The notes below the pieces were generated by a model. The model was not told where the DNA came from and did no database searches. It saw nothing but the letters and a program-made list of their open reading frames with translations. 64,000 nt of DNA, from NCBI GenBank assembly GCA_964016885.1, contig OZ024755.1:4650001-4714000 (forward strand), read 5' to 3'. Positions 28,161 through 41,208 of the stretch are shown here, piece after piece. The stretch's first letter is position 1. Each line of letters starts with the position of its first letter. The stretch comes from Eledone cirrhosa. Lineage: Eukaryota. The position numbers and the translations under genes were made by a program.

Positions 28161-28530
28161 AACTATTATTCCTCCATTTGATATTTAAACCTTTATTCCA
28201 CCATTTGATATATAAACTATTATTCCACCATTTGATATATAAACTATTATTCCTCCATTTGATATTTAAACCTTTATTCCACCATTTGATATATAAACTA
28301 TTATTCCACCATTTGATATATAAACTATTATTCCACCATTTGATATATAAACTATTATTCCACCATTTGATATATAAACTATTATTCAACCATTTGATAT
28401 ATAAACTATTATTCTGCCATTTGATATATAAACCATTAATTCTGCCATTTGATATGTAAACTATTATTCTGCCATTTGATATATAAACTATTATTCTGCC
28501 ATTTGATGTATAAACTATTATTCTGCCATT
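28160..28530. repeat. 27-bp minisatellite, ~14 copies
   Basis: AAACTATTATTCCACCATTTGATATAT. Confidence 0.95.
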
Positions 28531-28544
28531 CTCAGAGCTTTCTT

Positions 28545-28895
28545 TTATATGGTTGTCACTGAAACTGGGATAAGCACAGGCCTGGCAAGCCTCCTGGCTC
28601 GAGGTAGACTTTAATCCTGTGATGGACTTTGTCTTGTACTCTCAGTCACATCACACCACGGAAACCAATATAAGTACTGTCCTGATGAGCCTCCTAGCTT
28701 AAGACAGACTTTAATCCTGTGATGGACTGGTGTTCTGTTGAAGGGGGGAGTCTTGAGCTCTCAGTCACTTAATGACACAAAACTGGGATAAGTACTGGCC
28801 TGATGAGCCAGACTTCAGACATACTTTAATCCTCACTTAATGCCACAAAACTGGAATAAGTACTGTCCTGACAAACCACCAAATTTGAGACACTT
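28545..28895 (+). repeat. Tandemly triplicated SINE tail fragment (Meta-domain-like)
   Basis: Repeated GAAACTGGGATAAG..CCTGATGAGCC..AGACTTTAATCCTGTGATGGACT; single related copy at 52490-52670. Confidence 0.55.
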
Positions 28896-29016
28896 TAATT
28901 AATGTTATCAATTTTCAAGGAAGCCAAGTATTTATTTATTCATTTATTTATTTCAGTTATAAAAGAAGTAATTCCTAGAATTGAAGGCATAGAAAATCTG
29001 AAGAAACTCTTGGAAA

Positions 29017-30023
29017 ATGCCTAAAAAGAAGAAAAAGAAGGAGAAAGTAGCTGATGGATTAACCTTGGCCCAGAGAATAGAATTGAAGAAAAAACAGAAA
29101 GAAGAAGAAAATGTAAATAGCAGTTTTTTTCTTTTTTTCATCCTTCCAGAGTTGATAGAATAAAGTACCAGCTATGTACTGGGGTTGGTTGATGTAATCA
29201 ACTTTCCCCCTTCCCCCAAAATTGTTGGTCATGTGCCTAAACCTAAATCAAAAACCTTTATTTTATTAGATTCCTGCTAAAGTAGAAGCTAAACCCGTTC
29301 AACAAGAGGTTGCCAGCACCAGCGTTGCAGAGGGAAAAGATGAAAAAGATGACTGCAACAAATCCCAGATGTTAAAAGATGTTAGTCATGTTAAAGAAGA
29401 ACCAAGTGTTAAAGAACAAGAGAAAATACCAGAACAAGACTTGAATCAAGAAACATCGAGAGGTTATAGCATCTCTGTTGATATAAGTCACCCAAAAGTA
29501 AACCAAGAAGTTCAGAACCCATATTTCAAGTATGTTTTATTCAACTTAAATATTGTTATAATTGTTATATGTTGTCCTAATATTGCCAAAAATAGTAAAA
29601 CACACTCACTGTTTGGTTCGGTTTTCACTTCAGTATATTTTTATATTTTTATAAATAATTTAGCTGGGAATCAATGTTTATCATTGATTGACCAACAGTT
29701 AAAAATATAAATATAATTTCTCAAAAACCTTGCAAAACAAATACATTACTGCCAACTTAACCCTTTACCATTTACATTATTCTATATTTACTATTGTGTT
29801 TTTGCAGTAAAGGCTTTATCTTACATAATTATCTCACATAATATGGAATCTATGAGATTTTGATATTATTTATTTTAAGAAGAATACCCTTAACATCTGT
29901 ATGAGTGGCCAGTTATGGCTGGTTTGAACAGAAAGAGGTGAGAAAATTCTGGCCAGATACAGCCAGTTTAAATGCTAAAGGGTTAAATGAGTCCAAGTTT
30001 ATATTTCTAAGTTTTCAAGCTGT

Positions 30024-30088
<65 letters not shown>

Positions 30089-31581
30089 GGGGGGAGGGTA
30101 TTTTTAAATGTTCCAATTTGGGTTTAGATGAAACATAAGATATTTGTTGTTTCTTGACAGGCAAAAATCTTTCACTAGAAACGATGAACAGAAAAAAAGC
30201 TTCTTTGATATTCCACAAAAATCAAAAGACAAGAAAGTGGTAAGTTTTCAAACTGAACAGATGATGGCCTAGGGAAATATTTGGTATTTTGTTTAATCAT
30301 GGTTCCTAGCTTGAAATATTGATAAGTAGACTGAAGCAAGTTTAATTTGTAAAACGCAAACATGAATCTAAGGTCAGCAAACATCTTTCAAGGTGTCGAG
30401 TCTTGTCTTACACATTTTAACTCTAATAAGGTGTGGCCTCTACATTTAGTGTCTGAGAAACCAAGTTGTCACTTGAATATGGAAGTGGTTGGTGTTAGGA
30501 AGGGCATCCAGTCATAGAAACTGGCCAAACAAGGGGTTAGGAGGACCCTTTAGTTTATGTCAAAAGACAATTTCTCCTGTGCCCTCAGTTCAGTTTTAAT
30601 GGTTTCTGATTAAGGCATTAGGCCAATAATTTGGGGGTAAGGGAATGTCGATTAAATTCACCCCAGTGCATTACTGGTACTTTATTTTATTGACCCTATA
30701 AGGATGAAAGGCAAAGCTAACCACAGAGATATTTGAACTCAGTATGTAAAGGGATGTAACTAAATGCCACAAAACATTGTGCAACACTCTACCAATACTG
30801 TCAATCATGGAATGATAGTTTTACTATAATCCTTCTCAATGTCCTCATTAGCCTCATTAACACATTCTCAATAATGAACAACTTCATTCCATTCCTAAGA
30901 ACTTTTTATTCTCTTCTTTGTAAATAGTGTATCATACTATTGTTTCCTTTATGCCCCTTTTTTATGTCTTAGACCAGGGGTGTGTAACATATTCCATTGG
31001 TGGGCCACTTTTGAATATTGGAACAACTATTAGGGCCATTAATATTTATCAAGCACTATTCCAAAGATTCACCACAACTTCTTCCCATAACATGGAACTG
31101 GGAATTTATAACACACATAACCCTATCAGTGAAGCCCTTTAGTATAGGTCAACTAACAGAAGTATTATGATTACGAAAAAAATTCTAAATAAACCTACAA
31201 GGTAAAAATTTAAAACGGTCATCGCGGTCCACTCTGGTCCACTGGTCTGGCAGGCCGGATTGTGGCCTGCGGGCCGCCTGTAGCACACCTCTGTCTTAGA
31301 TTTATACACAACTAGTGAAATAAATGATAAGAAGAAAATATTTTCCCAGATTTAATCATAACTCTTTGTTCTGAACACACGTTCTACCAACGTCAACATT
31401 GCCTTTCATACTTCTGTGGTTGATAAAGATAAATAAACTGTCTGGTTTTGTAGCCTTATAGGTATTTTCTATACTTTTGTGTAGTATATTTTTCTAATTT
31501 TCTATTTTGAGTGTTTAACTTATTGTATGGAGGTTCTGATCTAATTCTTGGCTCTTCAATGTTGTCGGGTTTTAACTACTA

Positions 31582-31619
<38 letters not shown>

Positions 31620-33263
31620 ACTACTACTGCTGCTGCTGCTGTTACTACTGGTATTACTACTACTACTAGTACTGCTGCTGCTGCTACTACTACCACTACT
31701 ACTAACTATTACTACTACTACTGCTACCACCACTACTACTACTACCACCACTACCACCACCACCACCACTACTACTACTACTAATTCTACTGCTACCACC
31801 ACTACTACTACCACCACCACCACCACCACCACTACTACTACTACTACTAATTCTACTGCTACCACCACTACTACTACCACCACCACCACCACCACCACCA
31901 CTACTACTAACTACTACTACTACTACTACTACTAATTCTACTGCTACCACCACCACCACCACTACTACTACTACAGTCATACCTTCAGTAAAAGGACAAA
32001 CAAATGTTTTATGATCATTTTCTCTGCTAAAGCAGGGTTTAGACTTGCAGACAGGGAGATTTAGCTGCTATCTTTAGCAGGTCAGTTGACCATACGGTGG
32101 CTCTCTCTCTCTCTGTTAGATTTGTTTATATATTAGAGTTCATAGTTCATTGATCAGGCCTGTCAACTGACTTACAAACATCTGCTGTTATTTCTCAAGG
32201 AAAATAATATTACACGTGATGTCTATTAATGAAATAGTTAGTTAATCGATTTAAACGTCCGTATAGAGCTAGTAAGCCTTGACAGACTTAGGGGAAGTAT
32301 CTAGTACTTCTTACAGTTGAGAAGTAAAAAAACAAAAAAACAAGATAGACAGAGAGAAATGAATATAAAAATCTTCTTCTTCTTCTTCTTGTTCAACTAT
32401 TTATTCCCGAGAGAGGGCAGAGTCCTGAAACGCTCCTTCCAGCAGATCCTGGCAGAAGCAACTATTTCCTACAGAAGTGGTAAGCTATGACTAGGCGAAG
32501 TATCTATTACTTCTTACAGTTGAGAAACAAAAGAACAAGATAGACAGTGATAAGTGAACATAAAAATAAAAATCCAAATTAAAAATTAAATATAATTTAT
32601 AATATAAAATAAAATAAAGAATTTAAATAGGAAATGCCAATGGAAGAGGGGTGAAGTGGGGGCAACATTAGCATAAAAAAATGAAAAGAAGATCACAGTA
32701 ATTAAAGAAAGACATGAATATTTTGTGTTATCATTGCTTTCTTCTAGATAATTATTCTACAACACATATCGACCCCGTAAAGATGAAAGGCAAATTTAAC
32801 CTCGGAGGGATTTGAACTCAGATTGTAAAGGGCCGTAGCTCTATGATGTAAAGCATGGCGTCCAACCCTCTACTTTACCGCCAATCCACTTCCCTAATAA
32901 TAATTATATCTACTTTAGGCACAAGGCCAGCAATTATCCAGTGTATTACTGGTACTTTATTTTATCGACCCCTGTAAGGATGAAAGGCAAAGTTAACCTC
33001 GGAGGGATTTGAACTCAGATTGTAAAGGGGTGTAACTCTATGCTCCAAAGCATGGCCTCCGACCTTCCACCGATACTGTCAATCCACCGCCCTAATAATA
33101 ATGATAATAATAGTGCTTTTAGTTGTTGTTTTTCTGTTGTTTTTAATCTGTGACCTGAATTTAAAGGAGATGAGATCAAAATACACAACAACAGTGTCAA
33201 ATAAAGTGTCAGAGAATATGTGAAGATTTTATCTTTATTGTAAACAATGTCACAAGTAATAAG

Positions 33264-33307
<44 letters not shown>

Positions 33308-34539
33308 GGTGTTGGATGCTTAAAGTGTCCATAGGCTGTATGAGCACTCAATGCTGTCATAGAGCAGAGTATGATATCACAGAAAAAAAGGGAATCAGTG
33401 TTGTGACGAATGGAATTTATTGGACATATTACAATCGTTTCTCTGGTGACCAGCTCGAGGCACGATCGATTTGATGATTGAACCTGACTCTGAAAATCGC
33501 AAGGTCCTCAGATACATCTTGATTCTACGAGGCAGATTTTCCTATATATATATTCTTTTATTCTTTTACCTGTTCCAGCCATCTGGCTGAGGCCATGCTG
33601 GGGCACCGCCCTTGTTGCTACACATTTTATCTCCAGCCTGTATTGGTTGGCCACTGGTGCATGAGGGAGTTCATTGCTCCTGCCCTTAGGTTTCCCTCAT
33701 GATGATATTATATATATATATATATAATATCATCACTATTTAACATCCATTTTTCCATGCTAGCATGGGTTAGACAAGTTGTCCCACTGTGAGACAAACC
33801 AGATCAGATGACAATGTCTTGTTCATACAGAACTGTTTCTGGCTTGGTGTCTATGGCTGGATGCCCTTCCTTATGCCAACCACAATTATAGTGTCGGCTG
33901 GATGTTTATATATATATATGTGTGTGGATCAGTATGTGTGTGTGTATATACATATATGTACATGTGTGTATGTGTATGTGTGTGTGTGTATATACATATA
34001 TGTATGTGTGTGTATGTGTATACATATTATACATATATGTACGTGTATGTGTGTGTGTGTGTGTGTGTATACATATATGATATATATGGCTGGAAACAGG
34101 AAAATGAACAAATACAGAGTCCCATCTCATCAGTCAATGTTGTTCAGTGATGAGATGGGATTGTTGGTATTTGGTCTTCTTCCTGTTTTCACTTTTATAT
34201 ATAGTTTTTATTCATTTGTATAATTTTAGCCATGCAGGATTTTATATATATATATATATATATATAGCTGTATGGGAACCTCCCAAGAGTCAGCTCAAAG
34301 GTGACACAGAAGAGACTGAGGTTAGCTGGACATGCTCACCGACATCCAGAGTTGACATTGTGCTCCTGTGGGAGCCCCTACATGGACACACTGGAAGAGG
34401 AAGACCAAGGTTAATGTATCTTGATGCCCTAAGGACAGACACTGGTCTGTTGGAGACGCAGGACATGGCAGCGATAATGAGGGACAGAGACCGTTGGAGA
34501 GAACTTGTCCATGGATCTCAGGAAATTTACCCGCTCTAG

Positions 34540-34574
<35 letters not shown>

Positions 34575-35686
34575 TCAGATTTTACCAGTTTAAAACTAGT
34601 AAAACCATTATTCAGCAGAGTTTTCAATGCTTGGGATAGTAGAGTGTAAATATATTAGAGAGTCTGGAATTTGCTGTTGGAACGGCAAGAGCTTAGCAAT
34701 CATGCCTTGACTCTCAAACATGTGTGTATATATATATATATATATGTATATAATTGTTTCTACTTTTGGCACAAGGCCAGCAATTATCCCAGTGCATTAC
34801 TGGTGCTTTATTTTATCGACCCCGTCAGGATGAAAGGTAAAGTTAACCTCGGCGGGATTTGAGCTCAGATCATAAAGGGCCGTAACTCTATGCTGTACCG
34901 ATACTGCCAATCCACCATGTATATAGATGTATGTATATAAAATGGCTAAATAGTGAGTCTTGTTACTCTGGAGTTTTACCTGCTTGCTCACTCGGTCTGT
35001 CCTCTATTGTCCTTAATGTTATACTTTATGTCAACCCTTGTGTTTAATAAAGAAAGCCTTATTATTATTATTATTATTAGGGCGGTGAATTGGCAATATC
35101 GGTAGAGGGTCGGACGCCCTGCTTCTAGCATAGTTACGTCCCTTTACAGTCCGAGTTCAAATCCCGCCGAGGTTAACTTTGCCTTTCATCCTTACAGGGT
35201 CGATAAAATAAAGTACCAGTAATGTACTGGGTAATTGCTGGCCTTGTGCCTAAAGTAGAAACAATTATTATTATTATTATTATTCTGACTTGGTGCGTAA
35301 ATTAGAAACAATTATTAATATTATTATTATTAGTTCGTTATTTTCCAGTTTATTAAAATGTTATGATACTAAACAATGTCCTTGTTTTCCAGGACTTTAC
35401 CTATGGCTACCTACCACCAGCTATTTGCCTGCCAGAGCAGACCTACACATCGAGAAGAGCTTACCAAGTGTTCTATCAATACCACCCACATATTGATTCA
35501 ATCAGTCAATTTGTAGAGAATAACCTGAAAAATATAATTGTTATGAACTCACAAAGATACAATGCTGATAATAATCAATGTGTTATGGAAGGAGGAGAGG
35601 ATTTCACTCATCTTCGATCCCTTCAAACATATTTGCTAAGTGAATCAATGCAAACAGAAATGGATAGGTTTCTAGCCGATCTCTGA
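29017..35686 (+). CDS. Uncharacterised Lys/Glu-rich protein, ~242 aa (4 coding exons found)
   Basis: Exons 29017-29112 (MPKKKKKKEKVADGLTLAQRIELKKKQKEEEN), 29270-29529, 30161-30239, 35393-35686 (DFTYGYLPPAICLPEQTYTSRRAYQVFYQYHPHID...MDRFLADL*). All AG/GT bounded with consistent phases. Further small exons in 30240-35392 cannot be excluded. Confidence 0.7.
29757..29986. mobile_element. piggyBac-like TTAA MITE
   Basis: Same family. Confidence 0.85.
30975..31293. mobile_element. hAT (Charlie-like) MITE
   Basis: TIRs CAGGGGTGTG / CACACCTCTG; 8-bp TSD TCTTAGAC / TCTTAGAT; GC-rich subterminal GCGGGCCG. Confidence 0.78.
31574..31975. repeat. (CTA/CTG/CCA)n trinucleotide repeat
   Basis: Direct inspection. 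Confidence 0.95.
34340..34540 (+). mobile_element. RTE-like LINE C-terminal fragment
   Basis: VLLWEPLHGHTGRGRPRLMYLDALRTDTGL..MRDRDRWRELV. Confidence 0.7.
35079..35266 (+). mobile_element. tRNA-derived SINE (Deu/Nin-like core), full length
   Basis: Same family as 52927-53114; flanked by (TTA)n. Confidence 0.88.
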
Positions 35687-35893
35687 GAGAATGTTCTGTA
35701 TGTTGCTATATTGGAATGTAACATTACGCAGGACTAGTAGATGTGGTTGTTGGTGTTAGGAAGGGCATCCAGCTATAGAAACCAAACAAGAAACAGTTCT
35801 ATATGAACAAGACATGGTCATCTGGTATGACTTGCCTCACATCAGGACAACTCCTCTAACCCATGCTTGCATAATGGACGTTAAATAATAATA

Positions 35894-36440
35894 ATTGTTT
35901 CTATTTTTGGCACAAGGCCAGCAATTACCCAGTGTATTACTGGTACTTTATTTTATCGACCCCGTAAGGATGAAAGGCAAAGTTAACCTCGGCAGGATTT
36001 GAACTCAGACTGTAAAGGGATGTAACTATACTAGAAAGCAGGGCGTCCGACCCTCTACCGATACTGCCAATCCACCGAAGAATGATAGGTAATAGGAAAA
36101 TAAATATACACAACACATATTGAACAATAACAAATAAGAATTTATTTGAAGAAATGTCAAAATGTTTAATATAATAAATTATTAATTAATATAATATATA
36201 ATAATATAATATAATAAAATGGTTCAATATAATACAATATAATATAAAATATAATTGTTTCTACCTTTGGCACAAGGCCAGCAATAACCCAGTACATTAC
36301 TGGTACTTTATTTTATCGACCCCGCAAGGATGAAAGGCAAAGTCAACCTCAGCGGGATTTGAACTCAGATCGAAAAGGGACGTAACTATGCTGGAAAGCA
36401 TGGCGTCCGAGCCTCTACCGATACTGCCAATCCACCGCCT
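35894..36440 (-). mobile_element. Two tRNA-derived SINE copies (35894-36077, 36253-36440)
   Basis: Reverse complement of the family consensus. Confidence 0.88.
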
Positions 36441-37587
36441 AATATAATATAAAATATAATGCATTTTTTTTATATTACAAATTAATAATAATAATAATAT
36501 AAAATATAATGTAATATAATAAATTAATAATAAAAGTTAAAGCTATGCTATTCCATTTATTAAATTTCAATTTAAAAAAAAATCAAAACTATTTATGAAA
36601 AAATATTTTTAATAAAAATAAATAATTAAAATAAAATGAAGAAATAATTTAAATGTTTAATGAGGCACCAAGTTTAGTAAATAAAACCTTTGATATTCCT
36701 TTTGAGTTTCTTATTTAATATAGATAGATAATATTTGAATTACAAAAATATTTCATAGTAAAGCACCCGAAGAATTGCATGCATGGTTCTGTAACTCCCA
36801 GAGGGAGTTATAGTGGCACCTTAGTGGCATTCGGCATTTCTAGGACATTTCTTAAAAACCTGGTGGAGCCCATCTCCTCACTGGGTCTGAATATGGCAAA
36901 TTTTTTCCAGAGAAAGATAGAAAGTGAGAGAATGGAAGTGAGAAAGAGATATAAAGGAAGAATCGACCCCAGTACTTGACTGGTACTTTTTTTATCAACC
37001 TCGAATGGGTGAAAGGCAAAGTTGACCTCGGCGGAATTTGAACTCAAAGAACAGAGAGCTGAAATGAATACTACAAAGCATTCTATCTGACATTCTAACG
37101 ACTCTGCAATTTTGCCGCCTTGTTAAGGTGTATATACTTTGACTTAAAATAAAACTACACAAAGGATAAAAAAAAAGGAAGTCAAAGAGTGTCCGAAAAT
37201 ATAAATATAAAACAGCAACAGAAAGTTTTCACCTGTTAATTAAGATTTTTTTATTCTGTATAGGTGAAATTAAGAATTACTTGATGTTATCAACAGTAAA
37301 AGAGGTTTGCGTTGAAATTTAACTTTTCAGTATTTTGAAAGGCAAAGATATGTGATACTGACATATTTGATACTCTTTGTATGTTTTGCGTTAGATTAAT
37401 ATTTCCAAAATGTAGCTTTCCAAGTAAGGCCCTGGCCACATAATTTCATGAACTCTAACAGAAATATGCAAAGGGTAAACATCATAATGAATATTTTGAA
37501 AGGAGATAAATATCAGATATAAATATAAAAATTGTTATTGTAGACCCTGCTTTAGAAGTAAATCAATCAATATGACTATTTTATATG

Positions 37588-37601
37588 GTTGCTATGGTTA
37601 C
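37588..37601. promoter_or_regulatory. Near-consensus 14-bp RFX X-box
   Basis: GTTGCTATGGTTAC (reverse complement GTAACCATAGCAAC). Confidence 0.4.
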
Positions 37602-38356
37602 TGAACAACCAACAGAGTCACTGCATCTGTAGCTGAATGGAATAAAATTCTAAAATACCCCCCTAAAATATTGACAAACCACTCAGCCACACACCTTCAT
37701 TAGCGAATCTAATATAAATAATGCAATAATGCTAAAAATCTTGATATTATGCAAATAACTGTAAGATCTTCAATAAATACAGTGAAACAAATTGACAAAA
37801 ATGCTGTACATGATAGGAAGTTTCAAACATAACATTTTATATAAAGAGTTGCATGTTCATGTGTGGAGATGCCAGAAAGTAGCTTATAAAATAGGGTGGA
37901 GGCCCTTAAAGATGGAAAAAGAACTTACCCTTAGCCGCATTTAATGATACATTAAAAAAAGAAGTTCCTACATTTTCCATTATAAATCTCAAAGCTGCCA
38001 TTTTTAATTATAGGACTCTGAAAAACATGTATGTATGTATATATATATATATACTTCCATACATACATGTATACATACATCACTAGTTCTGATCGATCGA
38101 CAAGATCCCAGACCTCATTCGCTAGCCGAGTGGGTGGACCTCATCAAATCGGACCAGGGAAACAAAGTTTCCATTGGTCTTTCCATTGCCAATACTATCT
38201 ACCAGTCGCAACTCCTGGCAGAAGAAGCAATATGAAATAAAGTGTCTTGCTCAAGGACACAATGCATCACCCAGTCAAAGAATTGAACTCACAACCTCAC
38301 GATTGCAAATCCATCTCTCTAACCACTAAGACACGCGCCTTCACATATACATATAC

Positions 38357-38387
<31 letters not shown>

Positions 38388-38922
38388 AGCGTGAAACTAA
38401 TAAACCTTTGTTTGTACTGCCTCTCTGTTTTGTTCCCGTTCCATTTTTCACTATATATATATATATATGTGTGTGTGTACATCTCTAATAACAGTAATAA
38501 AACCCAGATACACAGAAAAGCTGATTCATGAAAAACCAATTAACAGATCACATCAAAACAGGATCTCAACAACTGCAGGTTCTACAAGAAACCTTAAAGT
38601 GTATCCCCCCTCACCACATACATACCTCCATTTCTGTCTAAGGCCCTACCAGAAATCTTACAGTGTAAACCCCCCCCCCTCCATTTTGTGTGTGTTCCAT
38701 CTTGAATTATAAAACTAATGTTATTGTTAGTGACTTCTGTTAAACAATAATCTATGACAAATTGACAACATCTTGTGTATTAACTAATTAGACTTAAATA
38801 CTCTTTTAGTAAGTTATTACATTACAAAAGTGGAGAGGTTATAGAATGATAAATTAACTCCATTTCAAAATATTCAAAACATATTTAAAGTTCAACCTCT
38901 CTTTCTTTCATAGATCAGTGCC

Positions 38923-40680
38923 CTAAGACTTTCTAGGAACAAATTTTAGGGCACTACTAAATATTCAGTATCGATTTTTACCAACTTCGGGTCCATCATT
39001 CAGGAACTCATGTCCAAGACTTTTGCCACATTTTGCACAAGAAATCTAGCAAATATATGAAAATAAAAACAAGAGAAATTATAACAAAAATACTTTTAAA
39101 TTAACCAAAATTACTATAGTTAATATGAAGCATTGTGAGATATGTAATAAATGACTGATAAGTTTCAGAAAGCTGGTATATTTGAAAAGAGGGGTATAAC
39201 CCTGAAATATCATGTTGAAATATACTGGGTAAAACATTACTTTGTTTTGTTTTATTTGTCATCTTTTGCCCTTTATATATTTCTACCTCATTGTATACTG
39301 GCTTTCTGAAATATTATCTTGAAAATTTAAATATTTTAGAGACACAAAACAATAAACAAGATAGATTTAACCCTGTTAACCAACATTGAATGTATCTAGA
39401 GTAATAGAACTAATGCTGATTAATGAAAAAATGTTGATTCCTTAAACAGACAAAAAAGAAATAAAGTTATTAAACCAACAATTAACTCAAACTCTTCCTG
39501 AGAGATAGAAGTTATTTTGCATTGTTTTGTTGCCTTGAATCCCCACAGTGTGCTCAGACACCACTATTCCAATGATATGAGCCTGGGGACTGTGAGAGGA
39601 GGGTCCCCAGGTGCTGATCACAGCAGACACAATGGAGAAAGTGTTGCCCTAGAGAATGGTGAAAAGGCAGTACTGGATCTACCTATAAGCTAAATAAGCT
39701 ATAGCTTAAAGCCTCACATCCGTAGGACCTAATTTTGTATTGTGAATATTTTCTAAAATAGAAGAGATCTGTTTCTCAAAATGCAAAGAAAAAAAAATGT
39801 CTTTAATTAAATTATAAATACATAAACAATCAAACAAAACTATAATTAATTAGAAAAAGTATTAATTACTTTAATGGCAGAAGAAGATTCTTGGTATCGG
39901 CTGACAAGATCTGGATGGATTAAATTCAAGAAAGCCGGCCATGGAGAAGTGTGTTCATATTTCTTCTTACTATCAAATAATGGTGTGTTACAGTCAGCAC
40001 AATTGTATGTACCTAGCAATTGAAAGGAGAAAGTAAGGAGATAAACGCTATAATTTAATAATTCCTAATTTAGTCACAAGGCCAGCAATTTTACAGAAGG
40101 AAGAGGGAAGTAAGATATATTGACTACCAGTGCTTTATTGGTAATTTATCTTATTGACTTTGTGGAGTGGTGGTGGTGTTATGATATAACACACCCAGTA
40201 CACCTTGTACTAGTGTTAAGATAAAAAACTACTCAGTCAACTCAATAAGGTGATAATACTTGTGCTACGTTAAAAAGAAACGCAGTCTACCCCGCAAAGG
40301 GGTAGTGTTGGCACCATGATATATCACACACAGTCCACCCTGTACTAGTGTTAAGATAAAAAGCACTCAGTCAACCCAATAAAGTGATAATGCTGGCGCT
40401 ACGTTAAAAAGAACACAGTCCACCCTGTAGTGTGATAGTGTTGGTGCCTCTATATAACACACCCAGTCCACCCTGTAAAGTGATATTGCAGGCACCTAGA
40501 TATAATCAAGGTCCCCTCACCTGATCTCTCACAAAGGGACTCTCCGTCCTACTCATGATAGCGTTAAACGATGATGATGATATACATTGGAGGGTTCTTT
40601 ATTAAGTCGCTGACGGAATATAAACAATGAAGTTTACATACAGACATGTGTTACAACACGGACATCTCCATACACACATA

Positions 40681-40742
<62 letters not shown>

Positions 40743-41144
40743 CAGACATATTTACACGTATGTATAAGCGAGTTTTTGGCGATCACCGTACAAGACGGAG
40801 ATAGACACATAGATAGGATATTAATTAAGATATAGAGAATAAGATATTGTTAATAAACTTTCTGACGTGTATTTATGAAAGTGTGGTGGACATGACGATT
40901 AATGAAGTTTCGTCAACAATATTCGGTAATTAAAGGGAACCGGGAGTAGCAGGGTATGTTATGTAACAGTGGCATGGCTTGCGTGTGTTTATATTTCAAA
41001 ACATATATATTTATATATATTTCACAACAAAAACATCTTAATTGCATTACGTAAAACCAGATAAGAAATGGGATTAAGAATTCATTTCTAATCTTCTCAG
41101 GTTATGAAATGTAGTGTACCTGTATTTACTATATTTAGAACGAC

Positions 41145-41208
<64 letters not shown>

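Noticed and set aside
28680-28810. CTGATGAG motifs suggesting hammerheads
   Set aside because: No stem II followed by a GAAA box; part of a SINE tail repeat.
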